This document shows, piece after piece, positions 1 through 10,435 of a stretch of 64,000 nucleotides of DNA. A program made the translations under genes and the position numbers. This DNA comes from Actinomycetes bacterium (GTDB taxonomy: Bacteria; Actinomycetota; Thermoleophilia; Gaiellales; Gaiellaceae): positions 2,893-66,892 of the forward strand of contig JANYJX010000014.1 of NCBI GenBank assembly GCA_025358355.1, in the 5' to 3' direction. Position 1 is the stretch's first letter. Each line of letters begins with the position of its first letter. Under the pieces are notes generated by a model. That model did not search any database. It saw nothing but the letters and a program-made list of their open reading frames with translations, and was not told the origin of the DNA.

Positions 1-409
1 TGCCGAGGATCGAGCGGCGGTGGTGCGTCAGCGTCCCGTCGAACGAGCCGCCAGTGAACGTCACGCTCACGCGATACGTCTGATTCGAGCAGCGGCTGCC
101 GCGGTTCGTGACGGTGACGCTGCCGCCGGTGACCGCGCCGCCTAGCGTCACCCCGTTCACACCCACGACGGAGAACTTCCCGCCGGTCACGGCGACAGTC
201 GGCGCGCTGGAGAGCGGCTTGTGCACGATCTGCGTCCGCCACACCGCCGGCAGTTCGCCTCGCGCAACCCCAACGAACGTCCCGCGAACGGAGCTGACCG
301 GGATGATCTCGGTGCCGGTGAACGAGTCGGAGTACGAGGATGAAGCCGATGCCGCCGCCGCCAGGGGGAAGGTAAAGACAAGTGCGACGGCGACGGCAAC
401 CGGCTTCAC
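1..409 (-). CDS. Secreted beta-rich hypothetical protein (3' end runs off window)
   Basis: Own translation from GTG at 409: MKPVAVAVALVFTFPLAAAASASSSYSDSFTGTEIIPV..., signal-peptide-like and open to the window edge. TACGGT lies 6 nt upstream. Not in the ORF track. Confidence 0.6.
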   Translation of the reverse strand, partial: MKPVAVAVALVFTFPLAAAASASSSYSDSFTGTEIIPVSSVRGTFVGVARGELPAVWRTQIVHKPLSSAPTVAVTGGKFSVVGVNGVTLGGAVTGGSVTVTNRGSRCSNQTYRVSVTFTGGSFDGTLTHHRRSILG

Positions 410-467
410 GCGACCACCGTAACCCGCTGCTGTGAACGCACCGTTAGCAATCTGACAGGATTGCGGC

Positions 468-2735
468 GTGACCGCCGTCGAAGAGCCACGCGCAGCAGCG
501 TTCGTCCGCCCGGACGGCAAGGAGAAAGTCACCGGCGCGGGCCGCTACACGGCCGACCTCAACCTCACCGGCCAGCTCGTCGCGAAGTTCCGCTACGCCG
601 ACCACACCCACGCGCGCATCCTGCGCATCGACACCGCAAGGGCGCGCGCCCTCCCCGGTGTGCTCGCGGTCGTCACGCACGAGGACGTTCCGGATGTCCT
701 CTACGGCGGCATGGTCAAGGACCGTCGGCTGTTCGCGAAGGAGAAGGTGCGCTTCGAGGGAGACATCGTCGCCGGCGTCGCGGCGACGACCGCGGAGATC
801 GCCGAGTGCGCCGCCGCACTGATCGAGGTCGACTACGAGCCGCTGCCGGCGATCACAGATTTCGAGGCGTCAATGGGCGAAGGCTCGGCCCTTGTGCACG
901 ACGACTGGGAGAGCTACGAAGCCGATGACGCGCTCCTTCGTGACGGAAACAGGCTCGGCTACTCGACGATCGTCAAGGGTGACGCCGCTGCGGCCATGGC
1001 CAGCGCGGACGTGGTCGTGAAGAGCCGCTTCGTGACCGACCCGGTGCAGGGCGTGCCGATTGAGCCGCGCGCGGTAATCGCGCAATGGCAGGGCGACAAG
1101 GTCACCGTCTGGACATCGACGCAGGTTCCGTATGCGGCCCGCGGCGGCATCGCGCACACGCTGCAGATCCCCGAGTCGAACGTGCGCGTGATCGTGCCGC
1201 TTCTCGGTGGCGGCTTCGGCGCGAAGTGCGACTTTCACTTCGAGGGCCACGTCGCAGCGCTTGCCCGGGCCGCCCGACGCCCTGTAAAGCTCGTGTTCTC
1301 GCGCCGCGAGGAGTTCTTCGCCGTTGGCCATCGACGCGAGGGAATGGTGATCGAGCTCGAGACCGGTGCCCGCGCCGACGGCACGCTGCTCGCGCGGCGC
1401 GGCCGGCTGGTGCTCGACAAGGGCGCCTACTGCGGCGAGGGCGGCTTCTTCGCGCAGATGGCTGCGATGCACGCGCTCGGCCCCTACAAGATCGAGACCG
1501 CGGACATCGAATCCTCGCTCAACTACTCCACGAATCAGCCTTCGTCCTCGATCCGCGCGCCGACCGCGCCGCAGGTGTGCTGGGCGCTCGAGCAACACAT
1601 GGACGAGCTCGCCGAAGCACTCGGGATGGACCCGATCGACCTTCGCCGCCACACGCTGATCGAGGAAGGAACCGTGACGGCGACCGGTCAGAAGCTCGAG
1701 CGGATCGCGATGAAGGAGACGCTCGAGAAGGCGGTCGAGCTGATCGGCTACGGACAAGAGCTGCCCGAGGACGAGGCGATCGGCGTCGCCGTCGGCTGGT
1801 GGCCGTGCTTCGCCGCGAGCTCCGGCGCCTACGTGAAGCTGAACGGCGACGGCTCGGGGACGATCATCACCGGCGCGCAGGAGAACGGCACGGGCGCCGT
1901 GATGGCGATGCCCAAGTTCGTCGCCGAGGAGCTCGGCATGCAGCCCGAGGACTTCTCGATCCTCTACCAGGACACGGACGCGGCCCCTTCGGACATGGGC
2001 TCGTGCGGTTCGCAGACGACGTTCAACAGCGGGCGCGCGGTGATCGCGGCGGCGGTCGACCTGCGCGAGCAGCTGCTGGACGCCGCCTCAGACAAGCTTG
2101 AAGCGGCGCGCGACGATCTCGAGCTCGTCGGCGGAGCCGTGCGCGTGAAGGGCTCACCAGAGAAGACGGTGACGATCGCCGACCTCGCCGGGAGCGGAAC
2201 GTTCCACGGCAAGGGCTCGGGCGAGCCGCCGGAAGGGCCGCCGGCGGAACCGGCGGAAGGGTGTGTCGGCCGCCTTGGGCTGGAGTCGTTCCACGCACCG
2301 CAGCTGATCGCGCACGCCGCGCGGGTGCGCGTCGACCGCGCGACCGGTGTCGTGCGCGTGCTCCAAGTCGCGGCCGCGCACGACTGTGGCCGGATCCTGA
2401 ACCGGCTGGGCGCCGACGGCCAGGTCTACGGCGGCGTCGTGATGGGGATCGGGCAGGCGCTCTCGGAAGGAACGCAGCTCGACGCGGAAGGGCGCCACCG
2501 GAACGCGCATCTGACCGACTACAAGCTCGTGACGGCCTCCGACGCGCCGCAGATCGATGTCGCGTGGATCGAGACCGACACGCCGGGCGCGGGGCCGAAG
2601 GGGTCGAAGGGCGTCGGCGAGCCACCGTGCGTTCCCACCGCCGGTGCGATCGCGAACGCCATCGCAAAGGTGATCGGGTCGCGGGTGCGCTCGTTGCCGA
2701 TGACGCCGGAGCGCGTCTGGGACGCCTCGCCGTGA
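468..2735 (+). CDS. Xanthine dehydrogenase family molybdopterin-binding (large) subunit
   Basis: GAGRYTADL start, GGGFGAK, SQTTF and KGVGEPP motifs; 755 aa; followed by FAD and 2Fe-2S subunits. Confidence 0.93.
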   Translation: MTAVEEPRAAAFVRPDGKEKVTGAGRYTADLNLTGQLVAKFRYADHTHARILRIDTARARALPGVLAVVTHEDVPDVLYGGMVKDRRLFAKEKVRFEGDIVAGVAATTAEIAECAAALIEVDYEPLPAITDFEASMGEGSALVHDDWESYEADDALLRDGNRLGYSTIVKGDAAAAMASADVVVKSRFVTDPVQGVPIEPRAVIAQWQGDKVTVWTSTQVPYAARGGIAHTLQIPESNVRVIVPLLGGGFGAKCDFHFEGHVAALARAARRPVKLVFSRREEFFAVGHRREGMVIELETGARADGTLLARRGRLVLDKGAYCGEGGFFAQMAAMHALGPYKIETADIESSLNYSTNQPSSSIRAPTAPQVCWALEQHMDELAEALGMDPIDLRRHTLIEEGTVTATGQKLERIAMKETLEKAVELIGYGQELPEDEAIGVAVGWWPCFAASSGAYVKLNGDGSGTIITGAQENGTGAVMAMPKFVAEELGMQPEDFSILYQDTDAAPSDMGSCGSQTTFNSGRAVIAAAVDLREQLLDAASDKLEAARDDLELVGGAVRVKGSPEKTVTIADLAGSGTFHGKGSGEPPEGPPAEPAEGCVGRLGLESFHAPQLIAHAARVRVDRATGVVRVLQVAAAHDCGRILNRLGADGQVYGGVVMGIGQALSEGTQLDAEGRHRNAHLTDYKLVTASDAPQIDVAWIETDTPGAGPKGSKGVGEPPCVPTAGAIANAIAKVIGSRVRSLPMTPERVWDASP

Positions 2736-3589
2736 GCGTCTCGTCGTACGTCACCGCTGGTTCGGTCGACGACGTGCTCGCCGCGCTCGCTGGCGGAGCG
2801 CGGCCGGTTGCGGGCGGCACCGACCTCGTCGTCGGGGCTCGCTCGGGCAAGTCGTCGCTACCGGAGAGCCTTGTCGCGATCCACCGCGTCGCGGAGTTGC
2901 GTGGAGTCCGCGTCTCGGCGGACGGTCTCCGCCTTGGCGCACTCGCAAGCCACGAGGCGATCTGCGAGAACGAGGAGATCCAGGCGCGCTACTCCGCTCT
3001 CGCGGACGCGTGCACGATCGTCGGCTCGCACGCGACGCGCGCGCAGGGGACGATCGGGGGGAATCTGATGAACGCGTCGCCGGCGATGGAGACCGGCGGG
3101 CCGTTGATCTGCCTCGGCGCGACCGTGACGCTGCGTTCCGCGGCCGGCGAGCGCACGATCGGCCTGGCCGACCTCTTCACCGGTCCTGGCAAAACGGTGG
3201 CAGAGCCGGGCGAATTGTTGATCTCCGTCGACGTGCCGGCACCTGCGGCTGGAACCGGCAGCGCCTATCTCCGGCTCGAGTACCGCCGCCAGATGGAGAT
3301 CGCGGTCGTCGGCGCGAGCGCGCTGGTCACGGTCGACGGTGGCAAGGTGACTGACGCACGCATCGCGATGACGGCACTCGCACCGACAATCCGCCACGTC
3401 CCGGAAGCCGAAGCAGCGCTCATTGGCAGCGACGGCGGCCCGGCAGCGATCGAAGCGGCCGGAGAGGCAGTCGCGGCGGCGTCCTCCCCGATCTCAGACG
3501 TGCGCGGCTCCGCCGGCTACCGGCGCGCGATGGCAGCCGTAATCGCCGGTCGAGCGATCGAGCAAGCACTCGCGAGGGCGCGAGCATGA
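2732..3589 (+). CDS. Xanthine dehydrogenase family FAD-binding (medium) subunit
   Basis: GTGA overlap with the upstream stop; AGGTDL, TIGGNLMNASPA and SPISDVRGSAGYR motifs. Confidence 0.92.
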   Translation: MSVSSYVTAGSVDDVLAALAGGARPVAGGTDLVVGARSGKSSLPESLVAIHRVAELRGVRVSADGLRLGALASHEAICENEEIQARYSALADACTIVGSHATRAQGTIGGNLMNASPAMETGGPLICLGATVTLRSAAGERTIGLADLFTGPGKTVAEPGELLISVDVPAPAAGTGSAYLRLEYRRQMEIAVVGASALVTVDGGKVTDARIAMTALAPTIRHVPEAEAALIGSDGGPAAIEAAGEAVAAASSPISDVRGSAGYRRAMAAVIAGRAIEQALARARA

Positions 3590-4050
3590 AGGTCGCAACG
3601 ACGCTGACCGTGAACGAGATCGCCTACCCCGTCGAGCTCGACCCAGGCACGAACCTGCTCGCGGCCGTGCGCGACGTGATCGGCCTGACCGGCTCCAAGG
3701 AAGGGTGCGACGACTCCGAGTGCGGCGCCTGCATGATGCTCCTCGACGGTAAGCCGGTGAACTCGTGCTCGTACCTCGCCCTGCAGGCCGAAGGCAGCGA
3801 GATCACGACAGTCGAGGGACTCGCAACCGGCGAGAAGCTGGCGCCGCTCCAAGCAGCGTTCCTGTCCGAAGGCGGAGTCCAGTGCGGCTTCTGCACGCCC
3901 GGAATGCTGATCTCGGCGACGGCCCTACTCGACCAGAACCCAAGCCCGAGCGAAGACGAAGTGCGGATCGCCCTGAGCGGCAATCTGTGCCGCTGCACCG
4001 GCTACGACGGCATCATCAAAGCAGTACTCAGCGTCGCTAACGCCGTGTGA
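3586..4050 (+). CDS. (2Fe-2S)-binding small subunit (CoxS/CutS family)
   Basis: KEGCDDSECGAC, QCGFCTPG and NLCRCTGY motifs; ATGA overlap. Confidence 0.95.
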   Translation: MKVATTLTVNEIAYPVELDPGTNLLAAVRDVIGLTGSKEGCDDSECGACMMLLDGKPVNSCSYLALQAEGSEITTVEGLATGEKLAPLQAAFLSEGGVQCGFCTPGMLISATALLDQNPSPSEDEVRIALSGNLCRCTGYDGIIKAVLSVANAV

Positions 4051-4051
4051 G

Positions 4052-5026
4052 TTAGGCGACCGCCAGCTCCGCCTCCTCAACTGTCCCGTTCGAGCTCGCC
4101 AGGTTGACGGTCACGATCGTCTCGATGATGCGCCCCGCGATCTGGTACGGATCGCCCTGCGAGTTCGGGCGGCGGTCCTCGAGGTAGCCGCGGTAGCCGT
4201 TCTCGACGAAGCTGTGCGGCACGCGCACCGACGCGCCGCGGTCGGCGACGCCATAGTTGAACGTGTCGATCGACTGCGTCTCGTGCAGCCCCGTCAGCCG
4301 CAAGTGATTGTCCGGCCCATAAACCGCGATGTGCCCGGCCTTGTGGTCGTCGAACGCATCCATCAGAGCCTCGAAGTACTCCTTGCCGCCGACCTCACGC
4401 ATGTGCTGCGTGGAGAAGTTCGCGTGCATGCCGGAGCCGTTCCAATCGAGGTCAGCGCCGAGCGGTTTGCAGTGGAATTCGACATCGACGCGGTAGCGCT
4501 CGCACAGCCGCAGGAGCAGGTAGCGCGCAATCCAGACCTCGTCGGCCGCGCGCCTGGAGCCCTTGCCGAAGATCTGGAACTCCCACTGGCCCTTCGCGAC
4601 CTCGGCGTTGACGCCCTCGTGGCCGAGCCCGGCGTCGAGGCACAGGTCGATGTGCGCGTCGACGATCTCGCGCGCGACGTCGCCCACGTTTTTGTAGCCG
4701 ACGCCGGTGTAGTACTCGCCCTGCGGCGGCGGGAAACCGCCGGCCGCGGGGAAGCCGAGCGGGGCGCCGTCGCGGTAGAGGAAGTACTCCTGCTCGAACC
4801 CGAACCACGTGCCCGGGTCGTCGCCGATCGTCGCACGGCTGTTCGACGGATGCGGCGACCCGTCGGGGAGCATGACCTCGCACATGACGAGCACCGCGTT
4901 CGTGCGCGCCGGATCCGGGAAGACGCTGACGGGCTTCAGGATGCAGTCGGAATCGCTCCCCACTGCCTGCCGCGTCGAGCTTCCGTCGAACCCCCACTCC
5001 GGGATCTGCGCAGTCCGAGATGGCAT
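4052..5026 (-). CDS. glnII: Glutamine synthetase type II, N-terminally truncated (possible pseudogene)
   Basis: WGFDGSST, FGFEQEY, NAEVAKGQWEFQ, WNGSGMH, RLTGLHET and YLEDRRP motifs. The usual first ~30 aa (EYIWLDG...LRxKT) are absent, with an in-frame TAA 6 codons upstream of the ATG. Confidence 0.85.
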   Translation of the reverse strand: MPSRTAQIPEWGFDGSSTRQAVGSDSDCILKPVSVFPDPARTNAVLVMCEVMLPDGSPHPSNSRATIGDDPGTWFGFEQEYFLYRDGAPLGFPAAGGFPPPQGEYYTGVGYKNVGDVAREIVDAHIDLCLDAGLGHEGVNAEVAKGQWEFQIFGKGSRRAADEVWIARYLLLRLCERYRVDVEFHCKPLGADLDWNGSGMHANFSTQHMREVGGKEYFEALMDAFDDHKAGHIAVYGPDNHLRLTGLHETQSIDTFNYGVADRGASVRVPHSFVENGYRGYLEDRRPNSQGDPYQIAGRIIETIVTVNLASSNGTVEEAELAVA

Positions 5027-5045
5027 CGATAGTACCCGTAACCCG

Positions 5046-5054
5046 TGTTACACT
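5046..5054 (+). promoter_or_regulatory. Extended -10 (TGnTACACT) leaderless promoter of the TA operon
   Basis: TG-T-TACACT ends 6 nt before GTG 5061; it overlaps the near-palindrome GTGTTACAC and AACCCGTG repeats (possible operator). Confidence 0.55.
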
Positions 5055-5060
5055 GAACCC

Positions 5061-5294
5061 GTGGCCAATCTCACGCTGATGATCGATGACGATCTCCTAC
5101 GCCGCGCACGGATCCGCGCGCTAGAGCGCGGGACTTCCGTCAACGCGCTCGTTCGCGACTACCTCCGCCGATTCGCCGGTCGCGACGAAACGACCGACCC
5201 GCTGGACGCGTTCTTCGAGGTCGGCGACCGATCGGGCGCATCGAGCGGGCCGGCCGGACGAGCGTGGACGCGCGACGAGCTGCATGAGCGGTAA
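5061..5294 (+). CDS. vapB: Ribbon-helix-helix antitoxin (VapB-like)
   Basis: MANLTLMIDDDLLRRARIRALERGTSVNALVRDYL is RHH-like; WTRDELHER C-terminus; overlaps the PIN gene. Confidence 0.8.
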   Translation: MANLTLMIDDDLLRRARIRALERGTSVNALVRDYLRRFAGRDETTDPLDAFFEVGDRSGASSGPAGRAWTRDELHER

Positions 5295-5709
5295 GACGTT
5301 CGTCGACACGAACGTCCTCGTCTACGCCCAAGACGCAGCCGATCCCAACAAGCAGCAGATCGCACGCGACGTGCTCCGCACACACGCGGACGATCTGGTC
5401 TTCAGCGCCCAGGTTCTGTCCGAGTTCTACGTCGTGGTTACCAGACGACTCGCCAAGCCGATGGATCCGCAGGCCGCAGCCACCGCCGTCGACCACCTCT
5501 CGGAGCATGCGATCGTCGCTACCGACGAACACCTCGTGCGCGAAGGCATCGCACTCAGCCAAGCTGCGCAACTTTCGTTCTGGGATGGGCTGATCATTGC
5601 GGCGGCACGGTCAGGTGGCTGTGGCTCGATCCTCACCGAGGATCTCGCGACCGGATCGACGATCGGCGGAGTCCGAATCGTGAATCCGTTTTCCGGCGAG
5701 AGCGCCTAG
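5284..5709 (+). CDS. vapC: PIN-domain toxin (VapC)
   Basis: FVDTNVLVYA, QVLSEFY, SFWDGLI and ILTEDL are PIN acidic motifs. Confidence 0.92.
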   Translation: MSGKTFVDTNVLVYAQDAADPNKQQIARDVLRTHADDLVFSAQVLSEFYVVVTRRLAKPMDPQAAATAVDHLSEHAIVATDEHLVREGIALSQAAQLSFWDGLIIAAARSGGCGSILTEDLATGSTIGGVRIVNPFSGESA

Positions 5710-5727
5710 CCGCCGCGCTCGGTTCGA

Positions 5728-7377
5728 TCACAACTCGTGACGGTAGAACTCGACCGGCTCCGGGGGGAGCGGGGTGTTGCCGAGGATCAGGTCTGCGGAC
5801 TTCTCGGCGACCATCATCACCGGCGCGTAGATGTTGCCGTTCGTCACATAGGGGAACACCGAAGCGTCGACGACCCGCAGCCCGTCGACTCCGCGCACGC
5901 GCATCGTTAGCGGGTCGACCACCGCGCCCTCACGAACGCCCATCGTGCAGGTGCACGACGGGTGCAGCGCGGTTTCGGCGTCGCGTGCAACCCAGTCCAG
6001 GATCTCCTCATTGGTCCCGACCGCCGGCCCCGGCGAGATCTCGCCCTCGCTGAACGGCTCGAACGCGGGCTGCTCGAGAATCGAGCGCGCGACCCGCACC
6101 GCCTCCACCCACTCCCGCTTGTCCTGCTCCGTCGACAAGTAGTTGAAGCGCAGCGCCGGATGCACGCGTGGGTCGGTCGACGTGATCCTCACGGAGCCGC
6201 GCGCATCGGAATACATCGGCCCGACGTGCACCTGATAGCCATGTCCGCCGGCCGGCTGCGAGCCGTCGTAGCGGATCGCGATCGGCAGGAAGTGGAACAT
6301 CAGGTTCGGGTAGGCGACATCGTCGTTCGAGCGGACGAAGCCACCGCCCTCGAAATGGTTCGTCGCCCCCGGGCCGGAGCGGAAGAGCAGCCACCGCGCC
6401 CCGACCCACGGCCGGTTGCGCCACTTCATCGCCGGCGCGACCGACACCGGCTGCTTCGAGCCGTGCTGGATGTAGACCTCGAGATGATCCTGGAGGTTCT
6501 CGCCGACGCCCGGCAGATCGTGGACGACATCGAGCCCGAGCGCCTCCAGTTCAACGGCCGGCCCGACGCCGGAGAGCTGTAGCACCTGCGGCGAGTTGAT
6601 CGCGCCGCCGCACAGGATGACCTCGCCCCCGAACGCGATGTGCGTGTTGCCGCGCCCGGTCGAGTACTCGACGCCGACCGCGCGCGCACCCTCGAAGACG
6701 ACCCGCGTCACAAACGCGCGCGTCTTCACCTCCAGGTTCGGTCGACCCATGACCGGATGCAGGTACGCGCGGGCCGCGCTCAACCGCCGGCCGCGGCGGA
6801 TGTTGCGATCGAAGGCGGCGAAGCCCTCCTGCCGATAGCCGTTCACATCGTCGGTCAGCGGGTAGCCAGCTTCCTGGACGGCCTCGAAGAAGGCGCCGAA
6901 CAGCGGGTTCGTAACCGGGCCGCGCTCCAGCACGAGCGGCCCGTCGCCGCCGCGGAACTCGTCCGCGCCCGCCAGGCACGTCTCCATCCGCTTGAAGTAC
7001 GGCAGGCAGTGCGCGTAGTCCCAGGTCCCCATCCCGGCGTCGGCGCCCCAGCGCTCGAAGTCGAGCGGGTTGCCGCGCTGGAAGATCATCCCGTTGATCG
7101 ACGACGAGCCGCCCAGCACCTTGCCGCGCGCGTGGTAGATCCGCCGGCCATTCATGTGCGGCTCCGGCTCGGACTCGTACTTCCAGTCGTAGAAGCGGCT
7201 GCCGATCGGGAACGCAAGCCCGGCCGGCATGTGGATGAAGACGTCCCACGGGTAGTCGGGGCGACCGGCTTCGAGCACGAGCACGCGGGTGGCCGGGTCG
7301 GCGCTGAGGCGATTCGCAAGCGCGCAGCCCGCCGAGCCGCCGCCGACGATGACGAAGTCGTAGCTCTCGGCGGCCAT
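5728..7377 (-). CDS. betA: Choline dehydrogenase (GMC oxidoreductase)
   Basis: [39 protein letters not shown] and TNGNIYAP motifs. Confidence 0.88.
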   Translation of the reverse strand: MAAESYDFVIVGGGSAGCALANRLSADPATRVLVLEAGRPDYPWDVFIHMPAGLAFPIGSRFYDWKYESEPEPHMNGRRIYHARGKVLGGSSSINGMIFQRGNPLDFERWGADAGMGTWDYAHCLPYFKRMETCLAGADEFRGGDGPLVLERGPVTNPLFGAFFEAVQEAGYPLTDDVNGYRQEGFAAFDRNIRRGRRLSAARAYLHPVMGRPNLEVKTRAFVTRVVFEGARAVGVEYSTGRGNTHIAFGGEVILCGGAINSPQVLQLSGVGPAVELEALGLDVVHDLPGVGENLQDHLEVYIQHGSKQPVSVAPAMKWRNRPWVGARWLLFRSGPGATNHFEGGGFVRSNDDVAYPNLMFHFLPIAIRYDGSQPAGGHGYQVHVGPMYSDARGSVRITSTDPRVHPALRFNYLSTEQDKREWVEAVRVARSILEQPAFEPFSEGEISPGPAVGTNEEILDWVARDAETALHPSCTCTMGVREGAVVDPLTMRVRGVDGLRVVDASVFPYVTNGNIYAPVMMVAEKSADLILGNTPLPPEPVEFYRHEL

Positions 7378-7387
7378 GGGCGCGATG

Positions 7388-8209
7388 CTATCCCGCGAGG
7401 AGCGCGACTCCCACTGCGACGGCTACGGCTCCCGCAAGCCGAACTGGGCCGACACGCTCCTTGAGCAACGGCGCTGCCAGAGCTGTCGCGATCACAATGC
7501 TCGTCTCGCGCACCGCCGCGACCGACGCCGCTGACGCGCGCTCGAGCGCGGCCAGCACGAGCGCATAGGCACCGAACGACGCTAGGCCGGCGGCGATCGA
7601 CGCGGGCACAATCGCCGCGCGAACGCGTGACGGCCCGCGAACGACGAGCACTGTCCCTGCGTAGCCGATCGTCGCCGGGATCATGCTCAGCTCGAGGTAC
7701 GTGATCGGGCTCGCGTAGCGGATGCCGTGCTTGTCGAGCAGCGTGTACGACGCGATCGTCGCGGCTATCGCGAGCCCGAACCCGACTCCGTTCGACCCCG
7801 TCGGGCGACGGAAGCCACGCACGACGAGCACGCCGGCGGCAACGAGGCAGACGCCCACGACCTGCGTCGCCGACGTCGCAGCCGAGAGAGCCGCGGCCCC
7901 GAAGACCAGGACGATCACTGGAGCGAGCCCGCGCGCAAGCGGGTACACGACCGAGAGCTCCGAGCGGCGGTACGCGGTCGCGAGCAGCGTGAAGTAGACG
8001 AGTTGCAGCATCGACGTGACCGCGATGAACGGCCACACGCGTGAATCGACGCGCCACGTCAACGCGGTTACCGGCGCGAACACGACAACGGCCGCGACAA
8101 GCGCTACCGCCGTCGCGCACTCGACATCTCGCTCGCGAGCCAGCAGCAGATTCCAGAACGCATGGAGCACCGCCGCCGCGAGCGCGAACACGAGGGCGAG
8201 GGGCGGCAT
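7388..8209 (-). CDS. EamA/DMT family transporter
   Basis: [16 protein letters not shown] and AAVRETSIV motifs; about 10 hydrophobic segments. Confidence 0.88.
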   Translation of the reverse strand: MPPLALVFALAAAVLHAFWNLLLARERDVECATAVALVAAVVVFAPVTALTWRVDSRVWPFIAVTSMLQLVYFTLLATAYRRSELSVVYPLARGLAPVIVLVFGAAALSAATSATQVVGVCLVAAGVLVVRGFRRPTGSNGVGFGLAIAATIASYTLLDKHGIRYASPITYLELSMIPATIGYAGTVLVVRGPSRVRAAIVPASIAAGLASFGAYALVLAALERASAASVAAVRETSIVIATALAAPLLKERVGPVRLAGAVAVAVGVALLAG

Positions 8210-8238
8210 CGCAAGCGGACAGTACGCTTCCGGCGCGG

Positions 8239-8889
8239 ATGTCCCGAACGCGCGCTGTCATCTTCGACTTCAACGGGACGCTCTCCCACGACGAGCCCAT
8301 CCTGCTCCGGATTTACCAGGAGCTCTTCGCCGCGCACGGTCGCCCGCTTACCGCGAACGACTACTTCTCGCAGCTCGCCGGCAATACCGAGGAGGCGATC
8401 ATCCAAGGCTGGCTCGACGTCGACGGTAACGAGCTGGAGGCGCTCGTGGCGGAGCGGATCTCGCGCTACCGCGCTGCGGCAGACGGCGCAACCGTACCGG
8501 AGACGATCCGCGATGCGGTTCGCTTCGCCGCGGCGCGCGGGCCGGTGGCGATCGTCTCGGGTGCGTTCCGCGCCGAGATCGAGCCTGTGGTCGCTGCGGC
8601 CGAGTTGACCGAGCTGTTCGCCGCCGTCGTCACCGCCAACGACGTCGTGAACGGGAAGCCGGCGCCCGATGGCTACCTCCGCGCGCTGTCTCTTCTCGGC
8701 GATCTTCCGCCCGCTGAAGTCGTCGCGTTTGAAGACACGGAGGCGGGCGTCGCGTCGGCCAAAGCGGCCGGGCTGCGTTGCATCGCCGTCCTCGGGACGC
8801 TCCCCGCCGCACGGCTCGCCGCAGCCGACGAGATCGTGGAGCGCATCGATGCCGCGCTGCTCGCGCGCCTGCTCGATCCCCGCCCGTGA
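8239..8889 (+). CDS. HAD family phosphatase
   Basis: VIFDFNGTL, IVSGA, GKPAPD and AFEDT motifs; start placed at ATG 8239. Confidence 0.9.
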   Translation: MSRTRAVIFDFNGTLSHDEPILLRIYQELFAAHGRPLTANDYFSQLAGNTEEAIIQGWLDVDGNELEALVAERISRYRAAADGATVPETIRDAVRFAAARGPVAIVSGAFRAEIEPVVAAAELTELFAAVVTANDVVNGKPAPDGYLRALSLLGDLPPAEVVAFEDTEAGVASAKAAGLRCIAVLGTLPAARLAAADEIVERIDAALLARLLDPRP

Positions 8890-9770
8890 AGATGCATGCC
8901 GACGAGCTCGAGATTGACGACTCTCTCGTCCGTCGGCTGCTCGCGGCGCAGTTTCCGCACTGGGCCGACCTCCCGATCGAGCGAGTCGAGCCTGCGGGGA
9001 CGGACAACGCGATCTACCGGCTCGGCGACGACCTAGCCGTGCGACTGCCACGCATCCACTGGGCGGCCGGCCAGCCCGAGAAGGAGCACGAATGGCTGCC
9101 GAAGCTCGCTCCGCTGCTCCCGTTGCCGATCCCGGTGCCGCTCGCGCTCGGAGCTCCCGGCGAGGGGTATCCATGGCACTGGTCGCTGTGCCCGTGGCTC
9201 GAGGGTGAGACTGCGACTCTCGATCGAGTCGCCGATGCGCGCCAGCTCGCCGCTGATCTCGCGCAGTTCGTTGCCGCGCTCCGCCGGATCGATCCCGCAG
9301 GTGGGCCGATCGCCTCCCGCGGCGGGCCGCTCGCGCCGTTAGCCGACGAGATTCTCGAGGTGATCGGCTCCCTCCGAGGGGAGTTCGGCGCCGACGCGGT
9401 GACCGCGGCGTGGAACGCGGCGCTCGATGCACCGCCTTGGGATGGCCCGCCGGTGTGGACACATGGCGATCTCGATCCGCGGAACCTGCTCGTCGCACAC
9501 GGAAGGCTCAGCGGCGTCATCGACCTCTCTGGCGTCGGCGTCGGCGATCCTGCATGCGACGTTGCGTCCGCTTGGAAAGTCCTGCCCACCCAGGTGCGCG
9601 CCATCTTCCGCGAGGCGCTTTCCGTCGACGCCGCAACCTGGGAACGCGGCCGCGGCTGGGTGATCCAGCAGGCGGTCATGATCCTCTCCTACTACACCCT
9701 CGAGACAAACGCGGTGCTCGTGCTGGAGGCTCGCCGCTGGCTGAACGAGGTGCTCTCATCACCTGGGTGA
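8886..9770 (+). CDS. Aminoglycoside phosphotransferase (APH/kinase-like) family protein
   Basis: GTDNAIYRLG, WTHGDLDPRNLL and GVIDLS motifs; GTGA overlap. Confidence 0.88.
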   Translation: MKMHADELEIDDSLVRRLLAAQFPHWADLPIERVEPAGTDNAIYRLGDDLAVRLPRIHWAAGQPEKEHEWLPKLAPLLPLPIPVPLALGAPGEGYPWHWSLCPWLEGETATLDRVADARQLAADLAQFVAALRRIDPAGGPIASRGGPLAPLADEILEVIGSLRGEFGADAVTAAWNAALDAPPWDGPPVWTHGDLDPRNLLVAHGRLSGVIDLSGVGVGDPACDVASAWKVLPTQVRAIFREALSVDAATWERGRGWVIQQAVMILSYYTLETNAVLVLEARRWLNEVLSSPG

Positions 9771-10435
9771 TCGCACACCGCGGCGCTTCGTGGGACGAGA
9801 CCGAAAACACGCTGCCGGCGTTCGAGCGGGCGATCGCGGTCGGCGCCGACTTCGTCGAGTTCGACGTCCAGGCAGCGAGCGACGGAGCGCTCGTCGCCTT
9901 CCACGATCTCGAGCTCGACCGCTTGACACCGCTAAAAGGCCCGCTCCGCAACCGGCCGCTCGCCGAGCTGCTCGAGGTTGGCATCCCCACGCTCGACGAC
10001 GTGCTCGACGTCTGCGCGGGCCGAATCGGCGTGATGGCCGAGCTGAAGAGCCCGCACCTCTACCACCGCCAAAACATCGTCGCGCGAACGGTCGCGGCTC
10101 TCCCGGGCGACGCTGTCGTGATCTCGTTCAACAAGCCGGCCCTGCTGGAAGCGCGGCGCCACCGGTCCGAGCTGCGCATGCTCCAGCACGTCGGCTACGG
10201 CGCCTCGATCGCCGCCGCAGCCAACTACGCGTGGGGGGTCGGCTTCCACAACCAGCGCGTCACAGCCCGCGGGCTCGCGAAAGCTCGCGCGCTAGGTCTC
10301 GCGACGACCGTCTACACCGTGAACGAGCCAGGGCGCATCCGAGAGCTCGAAGCGCTCGGCGTCAACGGCGTCTTTACTGATCGTCCAGAGCTAGCGCTGC
10401 GGACACTTGCTCGGCCTCGTCATCCGTCAGGCTGA
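9767..10435 (+). CDS. Glycerophosphodiester phosphodiesterase
   Basis: IAHRGAS, ENTLPAF, VEFDV, AFHD, ELK, YTVN and VFTDRP motifs; GTGA overlap. Confidence 0.9.
   Translation: MIAHRGASWDETENTLPAFERAIAVGADFVEFDVQAASDGALVAFHDLELDRLTPLKGPLRNRPLAELLEVGIPTLDDVLDVCAGRIGVMAELKSPHLYHRQNIVARTVAALPGDAVVISFNKPALLEARRHRSELRMLQHVGYGASIAAAANYAWGVGFHNQRVTARGLAKARALGLATTVYTVNEPGRIRELEALGVNGVFTDRPELALRTLARPRHPSG

Noticed and set aside
468-4050. Aerobic CO dehydrogenase (coxLMS)
   Set aside because: The large subunit lacks AYxCSFR and AYRGAGR, the order is L-M-S, and no cox accessory genes are present
5061-5709. vapBC as a novel system
   Set aside because: It is an ordinary RHH-PIN type II toxin-antitoxin pair; only its position next to the truncated glnII is notable
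8886-9770. Bona fide antibiotic resistance gene
   Set aside because: Only the generic APH/kinase fold is recognisable, and it sits in a housekeeping-like operon without mobile context
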